Source of the DNA: Eledone cirrhosa
Taxonomy: Eukaryota
Direction: 5' to 3'
DNA: 64,000 nucleotides
Assembly: GCA_964016885.1 (NCBI GenBank)
Contig: OZ024743.1
Coordinates: forward strand, 160,642,001-160,706,000
Positions 11,217 through 24,200 of the stretch are shown one piece after another. The notes under the pieces were generated by a model, which worked only from the letters and a program-made list of their open reading frames with translations, ran no database searches and had not been told where the DNA came from. A program made the translations under genes and the position numbers. Numbering within the stretch: position 1 is the stretch's first letter; each line of letters begins with the position of its first letter.

Positions 11217-14200
11217 TTATACTTCTCTTAGGTCAGTGTTGTTTGTTTGGGTGTTGTTGTTGTTCCACTCATTCTTTCTGTTTAGCTTTGGTCTTCTAAT
11301 TTCTATTTCACTGGCCTCTCTGATTTGCCTATCTGCTGGGTCATTCCTATGTTTAGATATTATTCTAATTTCTATGTTGTCTATGTTACCGTCATGATGT
11401 TGTCTAGCATGTTCGTATAGTACTGACCCGTTTTTTCGTCCTTTTAGTTCCCCCCAGTGTTGGTCTATCCTTTCACCTATGCTACGAGCTGTCTCACCTA
11501 TGTATGTTGTTGTCGTGTTTCTGCAAGTACCCTCTGTACATCTTATGCTATAGACTACGTTTCTAGTTTTACAGTTTATCCGGGGGTTCACCTTACATAT
11601 GATACATTTCCTATTGGTACAGTGGGTTTTCTTAAAAGGGTAGGTTTTGCTGATCAGGGATTTTATGGTGGTTCCTGGCTTTTCTACCACCTTTATTTTT
11701 AAGTGGGTCTTTCTCAGGGCCTTTCTACACTGGTTAGCTAATTTCCCTCCAGGGGTGGCGTCCACAAACATGACACTCTGATATCTCTGGTTGTCGTACC
11801 ATGATGTGGCCTTTCCTATCTTATGTCTAGCCCTATCTAAGCTATTCCATGATTTGCTCCTGTATAGTGGGCAAATTCCTTTCATGTCCAGTTCTATGAG
11901 GGTCTTATACTTTTCCATGGCTCCTTCGTATACTCTGACTCTGTCTCTTTGGTTGTAGCCAGAGAACTGCATGCGGTTGATGAAGTGTTGGATGTGTCCT
12001 TCCATTTCTGTTGGGTCGCACATGCTGGACACATTCTTCATCACTCGTATCAAATCTGCGATCAGAATATTAAACTTAGCACTACTGGACATTGCTGAGT
12101 TTTTGAGTATCAGGTATTTGGAGGCCATGGGTTTAGCATAGTGTGAGTGGAGAATTTGGGCTCTCTCGTCTATAGTGTTGATCCAGAGTTCTGTGTCTAA
12201 TACAGGTAGTCTATTGTTAGGGTGTTTGGAAGGGAAGTCTATAGTTACAGTTATACTCTGGTGTATGGAATTAGCTATCTGCTGGATGCTTTCCATCGTG
12301 CTACGTTCTAAATCAAACTTGTTAGTGCTCTCTAGTGGGGGTGTTCTTATAACTATATTGATATCGTCTACATAACGAGAGTACATGATGAGGTCTATGG
12401 AGCTTTCATTAAGGAGATCTTTAAGTCTCCTTTCCCACCATACCATGAAAAGGTTGGCAACATCGCCAGCTATGCTGACACCGATGGCTGCTCCCTCATT
12501 TTGGGTGTAGATTTTCTCATTGAACTTAAATATGTGGCCCTTTAGGGTAGTTTTGATACTAGCCCCTATTGCATGTGCGACCATTTTTCTTACCTGATCA
12601 GTGTTTTGGGGGGTCCGTATAGCTTTGGTCCACCCAATCCACCTTCCTATGGGAGTCTTTTTAGCCATTGAGGTTATGGTGGGGGGTCTACCTCTTATAG
12701 GTCTACTAGGGCAGAAACATCTAAGGTCATGGCTGTCTAGGTAGTCAGTGTCGTAGGTAAGTCTAAGTAGGAGGCCCAGTTCGTCTGTGTCGACGTCGCA
12801 GAACTCCACCTCACTCTCAATGATCATCTCCACACATCTTTTCACAGCAAAATCAATGTTAATGGATGGGTACAGTGACACCACATCCATGCTGCCTATT
12901 ATGCAGTTGGATAGGCTCCTGTTTTTGTTGCACTCACTGATTCTGCTGAGGAGGTCCTCTGTACGTTCACATACATCTGGGGACATCTTGATTATGGGGC
13001 GTATAACCATTGAGAGGAAGTAGGAGATCCTGTAGTTGCTAGCTATATTAGCTCCGCATACAGGTCTTGTTGGTGGTCCTATTGTCGGGTCGTCGACTGT
13101 CTTGTGGTCTTTGCGGAGCCCATACAAGGGTGGTATGCCATTGTTAGACGCCTGGAAGTTGTTGGCAGTGCGTCTGCTTGGCTTTAGGATGTCAGTCCAC
13201 ATCATCATGTGAGCGTTGAGGATTTTTTCTCTCCCATCGTGTGTTAGTTGTGCAACTTCGCTCGTGTTGGTGATGTGGGGTTGCATTGCCTCGATGTAGT
13301 TCGGCATGCTATCTATTGACATCCTACCAGACTTATCTGTGGGTAGACACACTACCTCACCATCCCTTGTGCGCTGCTTGAGGCTAACCAAGCCTTCTAC
13401 AGGTTTTATCCCAAGTTGTTGGGCCTCTGGTCTGCTCTGTCTCATAGTGTACCTGTCTACTACTTGTCTAATCTTATTTCTAGCTATGGTGAACTGTGCC
13501 TCCGTCTCGTCATCTATTTGTTGTGGTATGCAAACTCTTTTATTAAAGGGTAACCTCGTAGGATAGATATTACCCATCTTATATGTTTTGTCAGCTGGGT
13601 TGAAAAATAGTTTCTCTAAGGGGTTGTCGTTATTTCTATCGTCATAGTTGTGTGTGTTGCTATTATTGTTATCATGGTGGTTGTTGTTGTTTCTATCCTT
13701 AGCATTAATATTATTATTGTTATGATTGCTAGATGTATTGTTGTTTACTTCACCGTTATTGTTGTTGTTGTTACTGCTATTTCTACCATTGTGGTTGTTA
13801 CTATTATTATGTTTCTTGTTTTTGTTGATGTTGCTACATGTACTATTTCCATTATTACCACTGTGGTTATTGTTGTTGTTGTTCGTATTGTTACCGTTAT
13901 TACTACTGTGGTCACTGTTGCTGTGTCTGTGGTTAACGTTTCTATTATTATTATTATTGTGGTTGTTGTTGTTCTGTCTATCGCTAGTATTATTACCATT
14001 ATCACTATTTCTCACTTTCCTGCCATTGTTATGGTTATGGCTGTTATTTCTATACCCAGAGTTATTGTTTATATTACTACTACCGTTATTATTGTTGTTG
14101 TTGTTTACCTTTGCATTCCAACGTATTTTTGTGAAACACTTTTCCAGCTCCGTTTTGCATTCCATAGGATTAATCTTTTTGTAGATGGCAAATTTTGGTG

Positions 14201-14368
14201 GTAACTTTAGGATTTGTTGTTCTTGTTCACTGATTAAAGTGTTCCCATAGATATTTACTGTGTGGTCATTGGTAAATTCTTCCGGTAGTTTTACATCACT
14301 CATACGGATGTTGTCGATGTTATCTGGGTATTTTTGAGAATATTCGATTTTCCTTTCTTGTAGTGATT
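11217..14368 (-). CDS. PLE polyprotein: Asn-rich linker, reverse transcriptase, Cys linker, GIY-YIG endonuclease (N-terminally truncated, ~1050 aa open)
   Basis: TDKSG, SMDVVSLYPSI, QNEGAAIG, YVDD, CTNRKCIIC, NVVYSIRC..YIGETAR and CCHH. The first ~45 aa of the 1095-aa track ORF come from the inverted copy. Confidence 0.9.
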
Positions 14369-14382
14369 TAGAACGTAGCACG

Positions 14383-15462
14383 ATGGAAAGCATCCAGCAG
14401 ATAGCTAATTCCATACACCAGAGTATAACTGTAACTATAGACTTCCCTTCCAAACACCCTAACAATAGACTACCTGTATTAGACACAGAACTCTGGATCA
14501 ACACTATAGACGAGAGAGCCCAAATTCTCCACTCACACTATGCTAAACCCATGGCCTCCAAATACCTGATACTCAAAAACTCAGCAATGTCCAGTAGTGC
14601 TAAGTTTAATATTCTGATCGCAGATTTGATACGAGTGATGAAGAATGTGTCCAGCATGTGCGACCCAACAGAAATGGAAGAACACATCCAACACTTCATC
14701 AACCGCATGCAGTTCTCTGGCTACAACCAAAGAGACAGAGTCAGAGTATACGAAGGAGCCATGGAAAAGTATAAGACCCTCATAGAACTGGACATGAAAG
14801 GAATTTGCCCACTATACAGGAGCAAATCATGGAATAGCTTAGATAGGGCTAGACATAAGATAGGAAAGGCCACATCATGGTACGACAACCAGAGATATCA
14901 GAGTGTCATGTTTGTGGACGCCACCCCTGGAGGGAAATTAGCTAACCAGTGTAGAAAGGCCCTGAGAAAGACCCACTTAAAAATAAAGGTGGTAGAAAAG
15001 CCAGGAACCACCATAAAATCCCTGATCAGCAAAACCTACCCTTTTAAGAAAACCCACTGTACCAATAGGAAATGTATCATATGTAAGGTGAACCCCCGGA
15101 TAAACTGTAAAACTAGAAACGTAGTCTATAGCATAAGATGTACAGAGGGTACTTGCAGAAACACGACAACAACATACATAGGTGAGACAGCTCGTAGCAT
15201 AGGTGAAAGGATAGACCAACACTGGGGGGAACTAAAAGGACGAAAAAACGGGTCAGTACTATACGAACATGCTAGACAACATCATGACGGTAACATAGAC
15301 AACATAGAAATTAGAATAATATCTAAACATAGGAATGACCCAGCAGATAGGCAAATCAGAGAGGCCAGTGAAATAGAAATTAGAAGACCAAAGCTAAACA
15401 GAAAGAATGAGTGGAACAACAACAACACCCAAACAAACAACACTGACCTAAGAGAAGTATAA
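14383..15462 (+). CDS. Inverted duplicate of the PLE C-terminus (thumb/linker + GIY-YIG), 359 aa
   Basis: Same protein sequence as the C-terminus of the minus-strand ORF except MEGH/MEEH. Confidence 0.8.
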   Translation: MESIQQIANSIHQSITVTIDFPSKHPNNRLPVLDTELWINTIDERAQILHSHYAKPMASKYLILKNSAMSSSAKFNILIADLIRVMKNVSSMCDPTEMEEHIQHFINRMQFSGYNQRDRVRVYEGAMEKYKTLIELDMKGICPLYRSKSWNSLDRARHKIGKATSWYDNQRYQSVMFVDATPGGKLANQCRKALRKTHLKIKVVEKPGTTIKSLISKTYPFKKTHCTNRKCIICKVNPRINCKTRNVVYSIRCTEGTCRNTTTTYIGETARSIGERIDQHWGELKGRKNGSVLYEHARQHHDGNIDNIEIRIISKHRNDPADRQIREASEIEIRRPKLNRKNEWNNNNTQTNNTDLREV

Positions 15463-15721
15463 ATAAATAAGTAAATTAAATTAAATAAAATAAGATAAAT
15501 AAATACATACACAAGCACATAAACACACACTAGTCACCCAGCAGACACAACACTATACACACTAGTCACACATCACACATAACACTATACACACACGCAA
15601 ACGCATGCGCAAAGAAGACAAAATAAAATAAGATAAACAAACAAGCAAATAAATAAATAAATATATAGACAGACTGAACAAAAAAAATGGCGTAGACATA
15701 CAACACAACAGGAGGAACAAT

Positions 15722-15780
15722 GAATATAACACCACTGACGATGTTGCAGATGTGCAACGAAAGATTTATGTAAACTATAT
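15722..15780 (+). ncRNA. Hammerhead ribozyme motif in the inverted PLE pseudo-LTR
   Basis: CTGACGA 15735-15741, 6-bp stem II, GAAA 15759-15762. Confidence 0.65.
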
Positions 15781-15975
15781 ATATATGTGTTTGTCTATAT
15801 TGTATCTGTATTATTTTTGACCGCCGGTCAGTCAATGGCAACATTGAGGACCGAGTAAGTTAGATCGCAGATATATATATATAAAAGACAGCGAGAAGCG
15901 AAAACCAACCAAACAGTGAGTGTGTTCTGTTATTAATTCTGGCAATATTACGCAAATATGACCCTCCCCAAATAT

Positions 15976-16060
<85 letters not shown>

Positions 16061-16549
16061 AGGGGTGTAACGTGGAGTTATAGTGTTTAGAAATTTAATG
16101 GAAACACAAACATAAGACAGTTCCCCTCTTCAGTTGTCTGCTGTGGGTCTCGGATGTTTCAACGTATTAAAGACAATACATCTATCCACAGTGCGTCAAT
16201 AACTTCAGGAAGTTAATAGGGAAGGAAAAGACAAAAAAAAAAGACTATAGCGAAGAGAAAGAAAATAAAGAGAAGAAAAAAACAGAAACCATACCGATAG
16301 AGAGGTGGGGAACACGAGACAGAGAGAGGAAGGAGTTAAAAGGGAGGCCGGGTGTAAGCCCTAAGATCTTATTAACAGCAAGAGAGAGAGAGAGAGCGAA
16401 AAGAAGCACGTCTGATCTTAGCGAGAACAGGCGCAAAGAGTGAGAGAAAAAGGAAATCGGAAGTAGTAAAGGATCAGATAGATAGCGGGATAAAGGGGAT
16501 AGATAATGGGAGGGAAAGAGGATAAATGAGTGGGAGAGAGAGAGGGAGG

Positions 16550-16609
<60 letters not shown>

Positions 16610-16729
16610 GAGAGAAAGAAAGAGGGGAAAAGAGGAAGGAAAAGAGTTAAACAACAACCGAGGTAGAGAAAATAGAACGGTCACATCAATAAATTAATAA
16701 GAATTAAATGGGACAAGGTGCTGTGTGGT

Positions 16730-16910
16730 TAATAATTGTTTCTACTTTTGGCACAAGGCCAGCAAGTACATTACTGGTACTTTATTTTATCGACCCCGTA
16801 AGGATGAAAGGCAAGGTTAACCTTAGAGGCATTTGAACTCAGATCATAAAGGGACGTAACTATGCTGGAAAGCATGTCCGACCTCTACCGATACTGCCAA
16901 TTCACCTCCC
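16730..16910 (-). mobile_element. SINE copy
   Basis: Reverse complement of the SINE unit. Confidence 0.85.
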
Positions 16911-17472
16911 TGCTGTGCGGTTAATAATAAAGAGTGTTTATCCCTTACGGAGGAATATTGTTTGCCTCCTCTTTAGAAGGTCACGTGATTCTGCCACAGT
17001 CTTTGAGAATGATGTCCCGACCACTGTGAAAGTCTATATTGAGTCTGGCAATCTCTCTTAGGAATTCTTGCATTAGTTTTAGGACTGAACTCCGTCGATG
17101 ATTTATCCCGTTATTATTAGTCATATTATCTTTCTAATCTTTGGAAACACCGAATGCAGCAGTTGAAATTCAATCAACTCATCTAGTACGTGGTAATGAA
17201 ACTCTTACAGTTCGGAGAAGTATAGTTGTTCCCCCACTACGCCATCTAACTACTGTTTAACGCGATTTCTATAATTTCATGGAGTGCGTGGATAGTGCTT
17301 GGGCTATACTGAATCTAAACGTATAACATTTATAACCAAAGATTTATATGGTTCGTTGATTATTCAACGAATACAATTTTACAACAGAATAGAAGCACTC
17401 GACAGTGAATTTTCCTGGAGTATTTAATATTATTCAAAATATTAATAAATGAAAAATATTCTCATAATCAAA

Positions 17473-17544
17473 ATATATATTTTATTATACATATTTCAAA
17501 GGTACAATGGTGTTTAAGTACGTTTTCATCAGAGGAAAATATAT
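17473..17544 (-). ncRNA. Hammerhead ribozyme with intact core but degenerate stems
   Basis: ATATATTTTCCT-CTGATGA-AAACGTAC..GTACCTTT-GAAA-TATGTA-TA-ATAAAATATAT. Confidence 0.55.
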
Positions 17545-17578
17545 AAGATTGTATATGCGACATACCGCTAGGGTTTTG

Positions 17579-17618
<40 letters not shown>

Positions 17619-19149
17619 CTGTGTATATATATATATAGACATACATACATTTTTGCGCGTGTGTGTGTATGTATGTGTTTGTGTGGGTGTTTATGTGTAT
17701 GTCTTTCGGTGTGTGTATATTGAAATGAGAGAAATCATAGAATCAATGAATACATTTGTACAGTAAAGTAAATCTAATACTATCGTTACCCAGAGTGTGG
17801 TACCACACTTGTTCCCCCAGGCTAGTATAGAGATTTCTTTTGTTATTCCTCCTTAATTCAGTTGTTATAGAGGATATTAATAAAACTTTAGGTCATACTG
17901 GTGACAGACGCAACTAATTCGTAGCTTAAATTTCGAGCGCTTGTAATTTCTATTGATTCATTTAATTACACACGTTCTTTAAAATAACTAACCGGCCAGA
18001 AATCTCTGCGTAGTTGCTTCTACCTATGTCAAGCTTACGGTCGAATTTTCCAATCTTCTGAGACGTGGGCGAAGTAAAGATTATATACTGGTTTTAAAAA
18101 GTTATAATCTAGGGCCAGTAGTGAAATAGGAGCTTGCTTATCTGTGAGCAAACGGTCAATATCCTATCTAGGTTTTTTTAAATCTTTATAATGAATTCTA
18201 TTAAAATTTCTATAAAAATAATTACAAATATGTTTAGAGTTGCTGTTTATTTTTCCCTGCTTTTGAGCCATTATTGACTCGAATCTTTCCTGTCAACAAG
18301 ACTTCAGAATAAACGGAATTCACAACCGAAATATTTTCAAAAGAACGCACTTTCATTTCGACTACAAAATATATTAATTCAATTTTCTCCCAGAAACAAT
18401 ACAAGAATATTTAACGAGAGATTTGATCAGTTTCCATAGAAGAACATTTGTTAGTTAAACAAAGATTAATCTGGAAACTACAAATTTCTTAATCGAAATA
18501 ACAGTTTTTAATGTTATCGCATAAGACAACCAGATGGGTGTGAGTTGTGAAATCTTCCTTGTTCAGAGAATGTCACGTCCATTACACAGTTGCTGTTGTT
18601 TATGAAGTGCATTGGATTCAGTGAACCTAACAATGTTAGATGAAAGATTAGCGCCATCAAATTAACATTTATGAAATTAATATCCTTTTTTGACATGTTT
18701 GCCAATGACTAATAGCAGACATATTTTCAATATGAACGACTGATATATATGCAATATAATACTGGTATCACGTTTGTTGAATCTGAAACAATGATAAGTA
18801 TTATTGTGTGAGCTTGATAGTTCGATTTAACCCAAAAGCACAAAATACGACGAAAATTAGTTCTCCTATATTTCTACACCCTGAATAACAACAGTCACTT
18901 CAGTTATTATTGCATCCTAAAGCAGAAAACTACAATTATGATTATTATTTAGTTTGCACACTAAATATGATTATTACTGGTTCTTTTACTAACTGTCGAT
19001 ACTCAACGAGGTTCTTAGCGAGAGAGTATCGTCCTGGGTATATGTGCAGTGCCCAATGGGATAGCCATTTGTGATTCTAGGTCTATTTGCTTAAGGTACC
19101 CTCTCAGTATAAAACTCTAGTGAGAACCGGTTTGTCTACTTGTTCTCTA

Positions 19150-19375
19150 TTCAGATTTTTCAGGTATTGGCCATGAATGGGTTTTTCTTGTCATCGTTTT
19201 AACATGGCATTCTGAGGGTCTGTTTTCGGTTTAGATTTCATGATTTTAGCAGTTTCTGTTGTGGTATCTTCTTTGTTTTCATTTTCCTCACATTTTCAAT
19301 CCAGTTTCTATTTCTAATTTGCGGGCTTACTTGAAGACAGAAAACAATTTATTATTTTGTTCATGTTTAATGGCT
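19150..19375 (-). mobile_element. R4/Dong LINE relic
   Basis: Translates to QEKPIHGQY, compare WQEKPLYGKY at ~40.9 kb. Confidence 0.5.
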
Positions 19376-19392
19376 ATTATTAATATAAGTTT

Positions 19393-19790
19393 GGGCGGTG
19401 AATTGGCAGTATCGGTAGAGGGTTGGACGCCATGCTTTCTAGCATAGTTACGTCCCTTTACAGTCTGAGTTCAAATCCCGCCGAGGTTAACTTTGCCTTT
19501 CATCCTTACGGGGTCGATAAAATAAAGTACCAGTAATGTGCTGGATCATTGCTGGCCTTGTGCCTAAAGTAGAAACAATTATTATTATGAATTTGGGCGG
19601 TGAATTGGCAGTATCGGTAGAGGGTCGGACGCCATGCTTTGACGCATAGAATTACGGCCCTTGCCATTCTGAGTTCAAATCCCGCCGAGGTTAACTTTTC
19701 CTTTCATCCTCACAAGGTCGATAAAATAAAGTACCAGTAATGTACTGGTTAATTGCTGGCCTTGTGCCAATAGTAGAAACAATTATTATT
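19393..19790 (+). mobile_element. Two tandem SINE copies
   Basis: Two full units; ATTATGAATTTG flanks the second on both sides. Confidence 0.88.
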
Positions 19791-19800
19791 ATGAATTTGA

Positions 19801-19945
19801 TATCTGTCATTGATGTTATATAACCCCAAAAATTGCCCAAATGAACATTCAAGCTACTACCTGCAACCTCAGATATACATGTCGTAAAGGTAGGGGGTCC
19901 TACCTGCAACCTCAGATATACATGTCGTAAAGTGGGGGTCCGGCA
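19801..19945 (-). mobile_element. Dong-type 3' end relic with ~43-bp tandem duplication
   Basis: Similar to 31720-31800; CTACCTGCAACCTCAGATATACATGTCGTAAAG occurs twice. Confidence 0.55.
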
Positions 19946-20230
19946 GTGTTAACATAAAAGGAGGCTGGGTTAATGGTCTTTGATCAACATTAGAAACACT
20001 TCGAGAGAGTTCCTAGTGCTCTGATTCAAATGGGGATAAACTTCAACTCATGACGATCAGAAATTATTTTTCAGTTTCCACTTTAGGTCCTGGAACCGTT
20101 TAATTTTCTCCTTCTCCTTTTCTTGCACCGTTGTGTCAAAGCGGCAAGCTACATCTATAATCAAGCATATATATATATATATATAATTGATATATATATA
20201 ATTGAAAAACTAGATGTCTGATTTTGAGTT

Positions 20231-20309
20231 TGTCTCCTGATGAATCCTAACTCAGGACATTCCTATTATTTGGATGTCTAAAAATACGGATGAAACCATG
20301 GTAGAGATA
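20231..20309 (+). ncRNA. Type-I hammerhead ribozyme with extended stem II
   Basis: TGTCTC-CTGATGA-ATCC[..GGACATTC/GGATGTCT..]GGAT-GAAA-CCATGG-TA|GAGATA; predicted cut after GUA at 20303. Confidence 0.85.
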
Positions 20310-20588
20310 TAATTACGGTATGTACGCATTTCTTCTAAGTTTAATTTTACACCTAATGTGTATGGTTGATGATATATTTAGTCAGTTTCTACAGGCTGTC
20401 GAAATTTTGGATAAATACTCGATTGGGGCCACCGCGAAGAGGCTACGTTCGGTTATTTGTCGGAGATTTCTCCATAAGAGCCTTTCTTCTTATAGCTTGA
20501 TCTAATTGATTTTTTTATATGGTTAATTATGCTAATTAGAAGAAGAAATAGTATATATTTTATCTGATGATTCTAAAGACATGATTTA

Positions 20589-20623
<35 letters not shown>

Positions 20624-20719
20624 AACATACATATACAAAAAAAAATATATCCATGAACACACACACTCGTCCACACATACATACAGACATACATGAAGGG
20701 TTATCATTGTCGCACATAT

Positions 20720-21190
20720 AGTTCTCTTCTTAATAGGAGTGCAGTACCTATTAGAACAATTTTTTGCACTTCTTGCAGAGATTGTAAACCAGGGATCATT
20801 ATCACAAGCTCTTCTGGTCCCTTTTTATCATCTCAAGTGCTCCTACAATCACTGATAATGTAACGGCCTTCAGGTACCACATTTTTTCAATTTCAATGAA
20901 CAAATCTTTATATTTTCTTAGCTTGTTAAATTCTTTTACTGCGATACTTTGATCATATGGGATGCTGATATGAATTAATAAATAGACTTTGTTAGGTTGG
21001 TATTTTACAATAATATTTGGTCTACTAGCTTTATAGTCCGATCAGTATGTTCAGGAAAATCCTAAAGAATCGTTACTTGTCAACTGTCAGATGGTATTTG
21101 GTTCCCGGAGAATTTTTCCTATATCATTTCTGTTCCACGGGTATGACCTCATTCTGCAGCAATTCGTGGTGCAGTTGCCTTCAAATGACG
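20720..21190 (-). mobile_element. R4/Dong RLE-domain relic
   Basis: Translates to RPNIIVK..ISIPYD..KYKDLFIEIEKMW..IVGAL. Confidence 0.65.
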
Positions 21191-21239
21191 GAGGGGAGGG
21201 TTCATCATCATTCTCTACACACGAACTTTTCTTATTGTT

Positions 21240-22560
21240 CCTACACTTTATCCAACATGATCTTACTCAGAAAGGACAGCATAAATGTACGTGATCTTGA
21301 GTCATCATGGAAGCAGGGTCACCTACTCAGCGACCTTATATCACTAAACATATATGTGGTGGCCATCAGCGAGACCAGAATTTCTGAGGCACATGCCTTC
21401 ATATCCATTTTCGGTGACTACGTGGTGTATGCATCTCCAGTTCGTCCGGGGTTTGAGGTGGGGAATGGCTGTGTTGTTTCGGAAAGGCTTGGATCTCACG
21501 ATAGGGTCCATCGCCCAGGAGGTAAGATAGTGGCGCTGGACGTGACCAGCAGAGAAGGGCTTGATTTTAGGCCAGTTGCTTTCTATGTCCTTTCCGGGGC
21601 ATGACAGCTGGATATCTTCTGGGCACCCGCTCCTTAGTGTTAGTAGGCGACTGCAACGGTATCTTCGACACACGCTGAGACTGTATGGGGCTAGCAGATA
21701 TGAGATGAGTGTGTGAAGGCGTCGCATAACTGCTCAGACATTTCCAATTGTCTGACACGTACCGACTGGATTTCCCCAATGTGCCAACATGGACATGGAA
21801 CAACTGCATTGGGTCTTCCAGATCATATCTAGATTGGGTATTTTGCAGGGAAGTGGATAAGACTAGCAAAAACTGTCCACAATTCAAAATAGTCGACTAC
21901 ACTGACAAAACATTCGTGATCTATATAGTTTAATTTGATAGTCTTCATAGGCAGCTGCTCGGTTACTGAAAGCTGAAGGCATCCTTTTCTGTGCACAAAG
22001 CGTACAGAGACCGGTTTAGTTGATTAGTTAAGCGGGCTTGATGGTAGCAATGGTCAACAGCAAATGGCACTTTACCTTGAACACGGCGATTAGAGTAGAA
22101 TCGATGAAATTTAGCAAAAGATTAACGAAAGTAAAACTAGACTAGAGGGAGAACTATTTAGAAAGCTAGAAGTGGGCATTAGTAAAAGCACCGCAGCAGA
22201 CGTTCTCGCAGTGAATTGGCGCTCAACCAATTCTTCAATACTAAGCATGAAGTTGCGTTGCCAAATCTAATGTGCATGCTCTTTGACAGAAGGAGATAAA
22301 ACCTGTTTGATGGGCGCAAGTGGTGAAGCGCGGCGTAGCAACAGTTCTCTGACTGGGCCGGGATCAAGTGATGAATATTAGTGCTTACCTCGGTGGCCTG
22401 TAAGGCTCTTGACCACGGAGACGGATTGTTGCATGTAACAGCTGCTGTAGATCATCAGAGTACAACTGGGGTTGGGTTGGGGTCCTTTGCCTTAGTATTT
22501 AAGGTGGCAGTGTATTTTTGTGTGGTTTTCTACAAGTGACTCTAGGAAATCTCCCCTCTT
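21240..22560 (+). mobile_element. Old Tx1-clade relic (APE region with internal deletions)
   Basis: SWKQGHLL, VAISETR and YRLDFPNVPTWTW, homologous to 35718-36800. Confidence 0.75.
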
Positions 22561-22569
22561 GTTTGGGTG

Positions 22570-22705
22570 CCTTTCACCCCTAACGGGTCGATAAAATAAA
22601 GTACCAGTGATGCACTGATATCGATTTAATCGACTTTCCCTTTCTCTTTATATTGCTGGCCTTGTGCTAAAAGAAGATACAATTATTGTTGTTGTTGTGG
22701 TTGAC

Positions 22706-22737
<32 letters not shown>

Positions 22738-24200
22738 TGTTGTTTTTGTTGTTGTTGTTGTTTAGAGAATAACATATTTTGACTTCGGTGATTTGAAGAT
22801 GCAGAAATTGTTCAGGCAGCAGAACATGGAAGATTTAATTAATTTATTAACGATAATCTGTAAAATATTATTGAGAAGAATTATTCTCCACGACTGCCTG
22901 TCTCCCGGAATATTTGGAGATTCGCTACCCACTTCTTTCGTGGACAGTATAGCTTTCGATTCTTCTTCTTGTATGTGTCAGCGAGAGAGAGAGAGCTAAG
23001 TAAGTAGAATCGAAGAATGTGGATTCTTTTGTAATCTAATGTTTTGTTACATTCTGATTTAAAAACTAGTGAAACGTCAACTTTGCTGAGCCAATGTGGT
23101 CATTCAATGCTAGAGATAGTAGCCAAACGTCCCCTACCATCGTAAAAGAAAAGCCATTGTATAATCTAGTCATATTTGGAAAAACGTGAAATGGCTATAG
23201 TTAAGACTGCTTTTGTCTTAGGCTTGCTAGATCAGGACAGACTTGGGGCTAAACAACAACTACGGCAACCTAGCTTTACCATTACTGCAGTTTGATAATA
23301 CAAATGCCAGATTTAGATCTAAACTGAAGTTAATACAAGTAACTGTCACCCTTATCCATAAGTATCTGGTCATTTGCCAATATATGAAATCAATGAGGTA
23401 GTTAATTGTTAACAAAGAGAGTGTATCAGCTAAAATTGCTTAGTTGCGTCACTTCACATCCTGGGTTCGAATTATGTCAATAAAGCAAATAACTAATTGG
23501 GGTTGATATAATTGACTTTCCTTCTCTTATCTTCTGGCCTCATGCCTAAATTAGAAATCATTTTCAAATACAGCTGACATATTACTTGAAAGCTTTTAGT
23601 AAAGACCATGTGAGGTTTGATATAAAATCCCGCGAAGGACAAATTTGCCTTTCATTCATCTGGGTTCGAAAAATTAAAGTACCAGTAAAGTACTGTGGCC
23701 GATAGTACAGTCTTTCCCCTCCCCTCAAATTGCTAGCCTTATTCCTAAATTGGGAATTATTATTTGTTTAGTTAAATACATGAATATGCGTGGTTTGCAG
23801 GATCGATAAATCACAGCCCCTGTATGTTTTGAGTTCAACCCTCCTCGGAGTCAACTTTACCTTTTCGTCCCTCATTTGATAAAATAGGTCCATTTTACTG
23901 TATGCAGTTACGTCACGATATTTTCTGGGTTTAAATTTCATAGGATTCGACTTTGTGTTTGGTTCCTCTCATTATCGATTAAAACAAGTCCTAGTAACTC
24001 AGCTACGTTGCCTATATATTTCTGTTTCTGTCCTTAATTAGAAAAGAAGCATTGCAATCTATTTGCAGAAATCCAAAATTGTATGTGATTTGCTTTTTCA
24101 CTAAATTCTAGAGGTTCAAATCCTACCAGAATTGTCGTTGTCACTGACTATTGATACATGATCAATACAAAAAGTACCACTAATGCACTGATGGGTATCA
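22570..24200 (+). mobile_element. Several old degenerate SINE fragments
   Basis: Decayed TTTGCCTTTCAT/AAAGTACCAG/B-box motifs; a different SINE-like 3' end (GGGGCTAAACAACAAC) at ~23105-23260. Confidence 0.55.

Larger units (their letters stand above)
10641..15981 (-). mobile_element. Penelope-like retroelement (Neptune/Naiad-like): 5'-truncated body plus inverted copy of its 3' 1.6 kb, in (TA)n
   Basis: RT+GIY-YIG ORF. 14369-15981 is the reverse complement of ~10697-12310. HHR in the pseudo-LTR; (TA)n on both sides. Confidence 0.92.

Noticed and set aside
13650-14204. Hydrophobic membrane-protein-like ORFs
   Set aside because: Antisense frames of the Asn-rich tract.
11217-14368. Selenoprotein-type PLE (reported for some Naiads)
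   Set aside because: No in-frame TGA in the retained ORF, N-terminus missing, and no SECIS identified by eye.
14369-14504. First ~45 aa of the 1095-aa ORF as the true N-terminus
   Set aside because: It is the antisense of the inverted PLE copy, open in frame by chance.
16055-16230. Mariner 3' end relic
   Set aside because: Similarity too weak to support without a search.
20555-20595. TTTTAT-CTGATGA as an HHR
   Set aside because: No stem II or GAAA follows; at most a truncated relic.
23050-23085. CTGATT..GAAACGTC HHR-like word
   Set aside because: Core mutated and no stems I or II.
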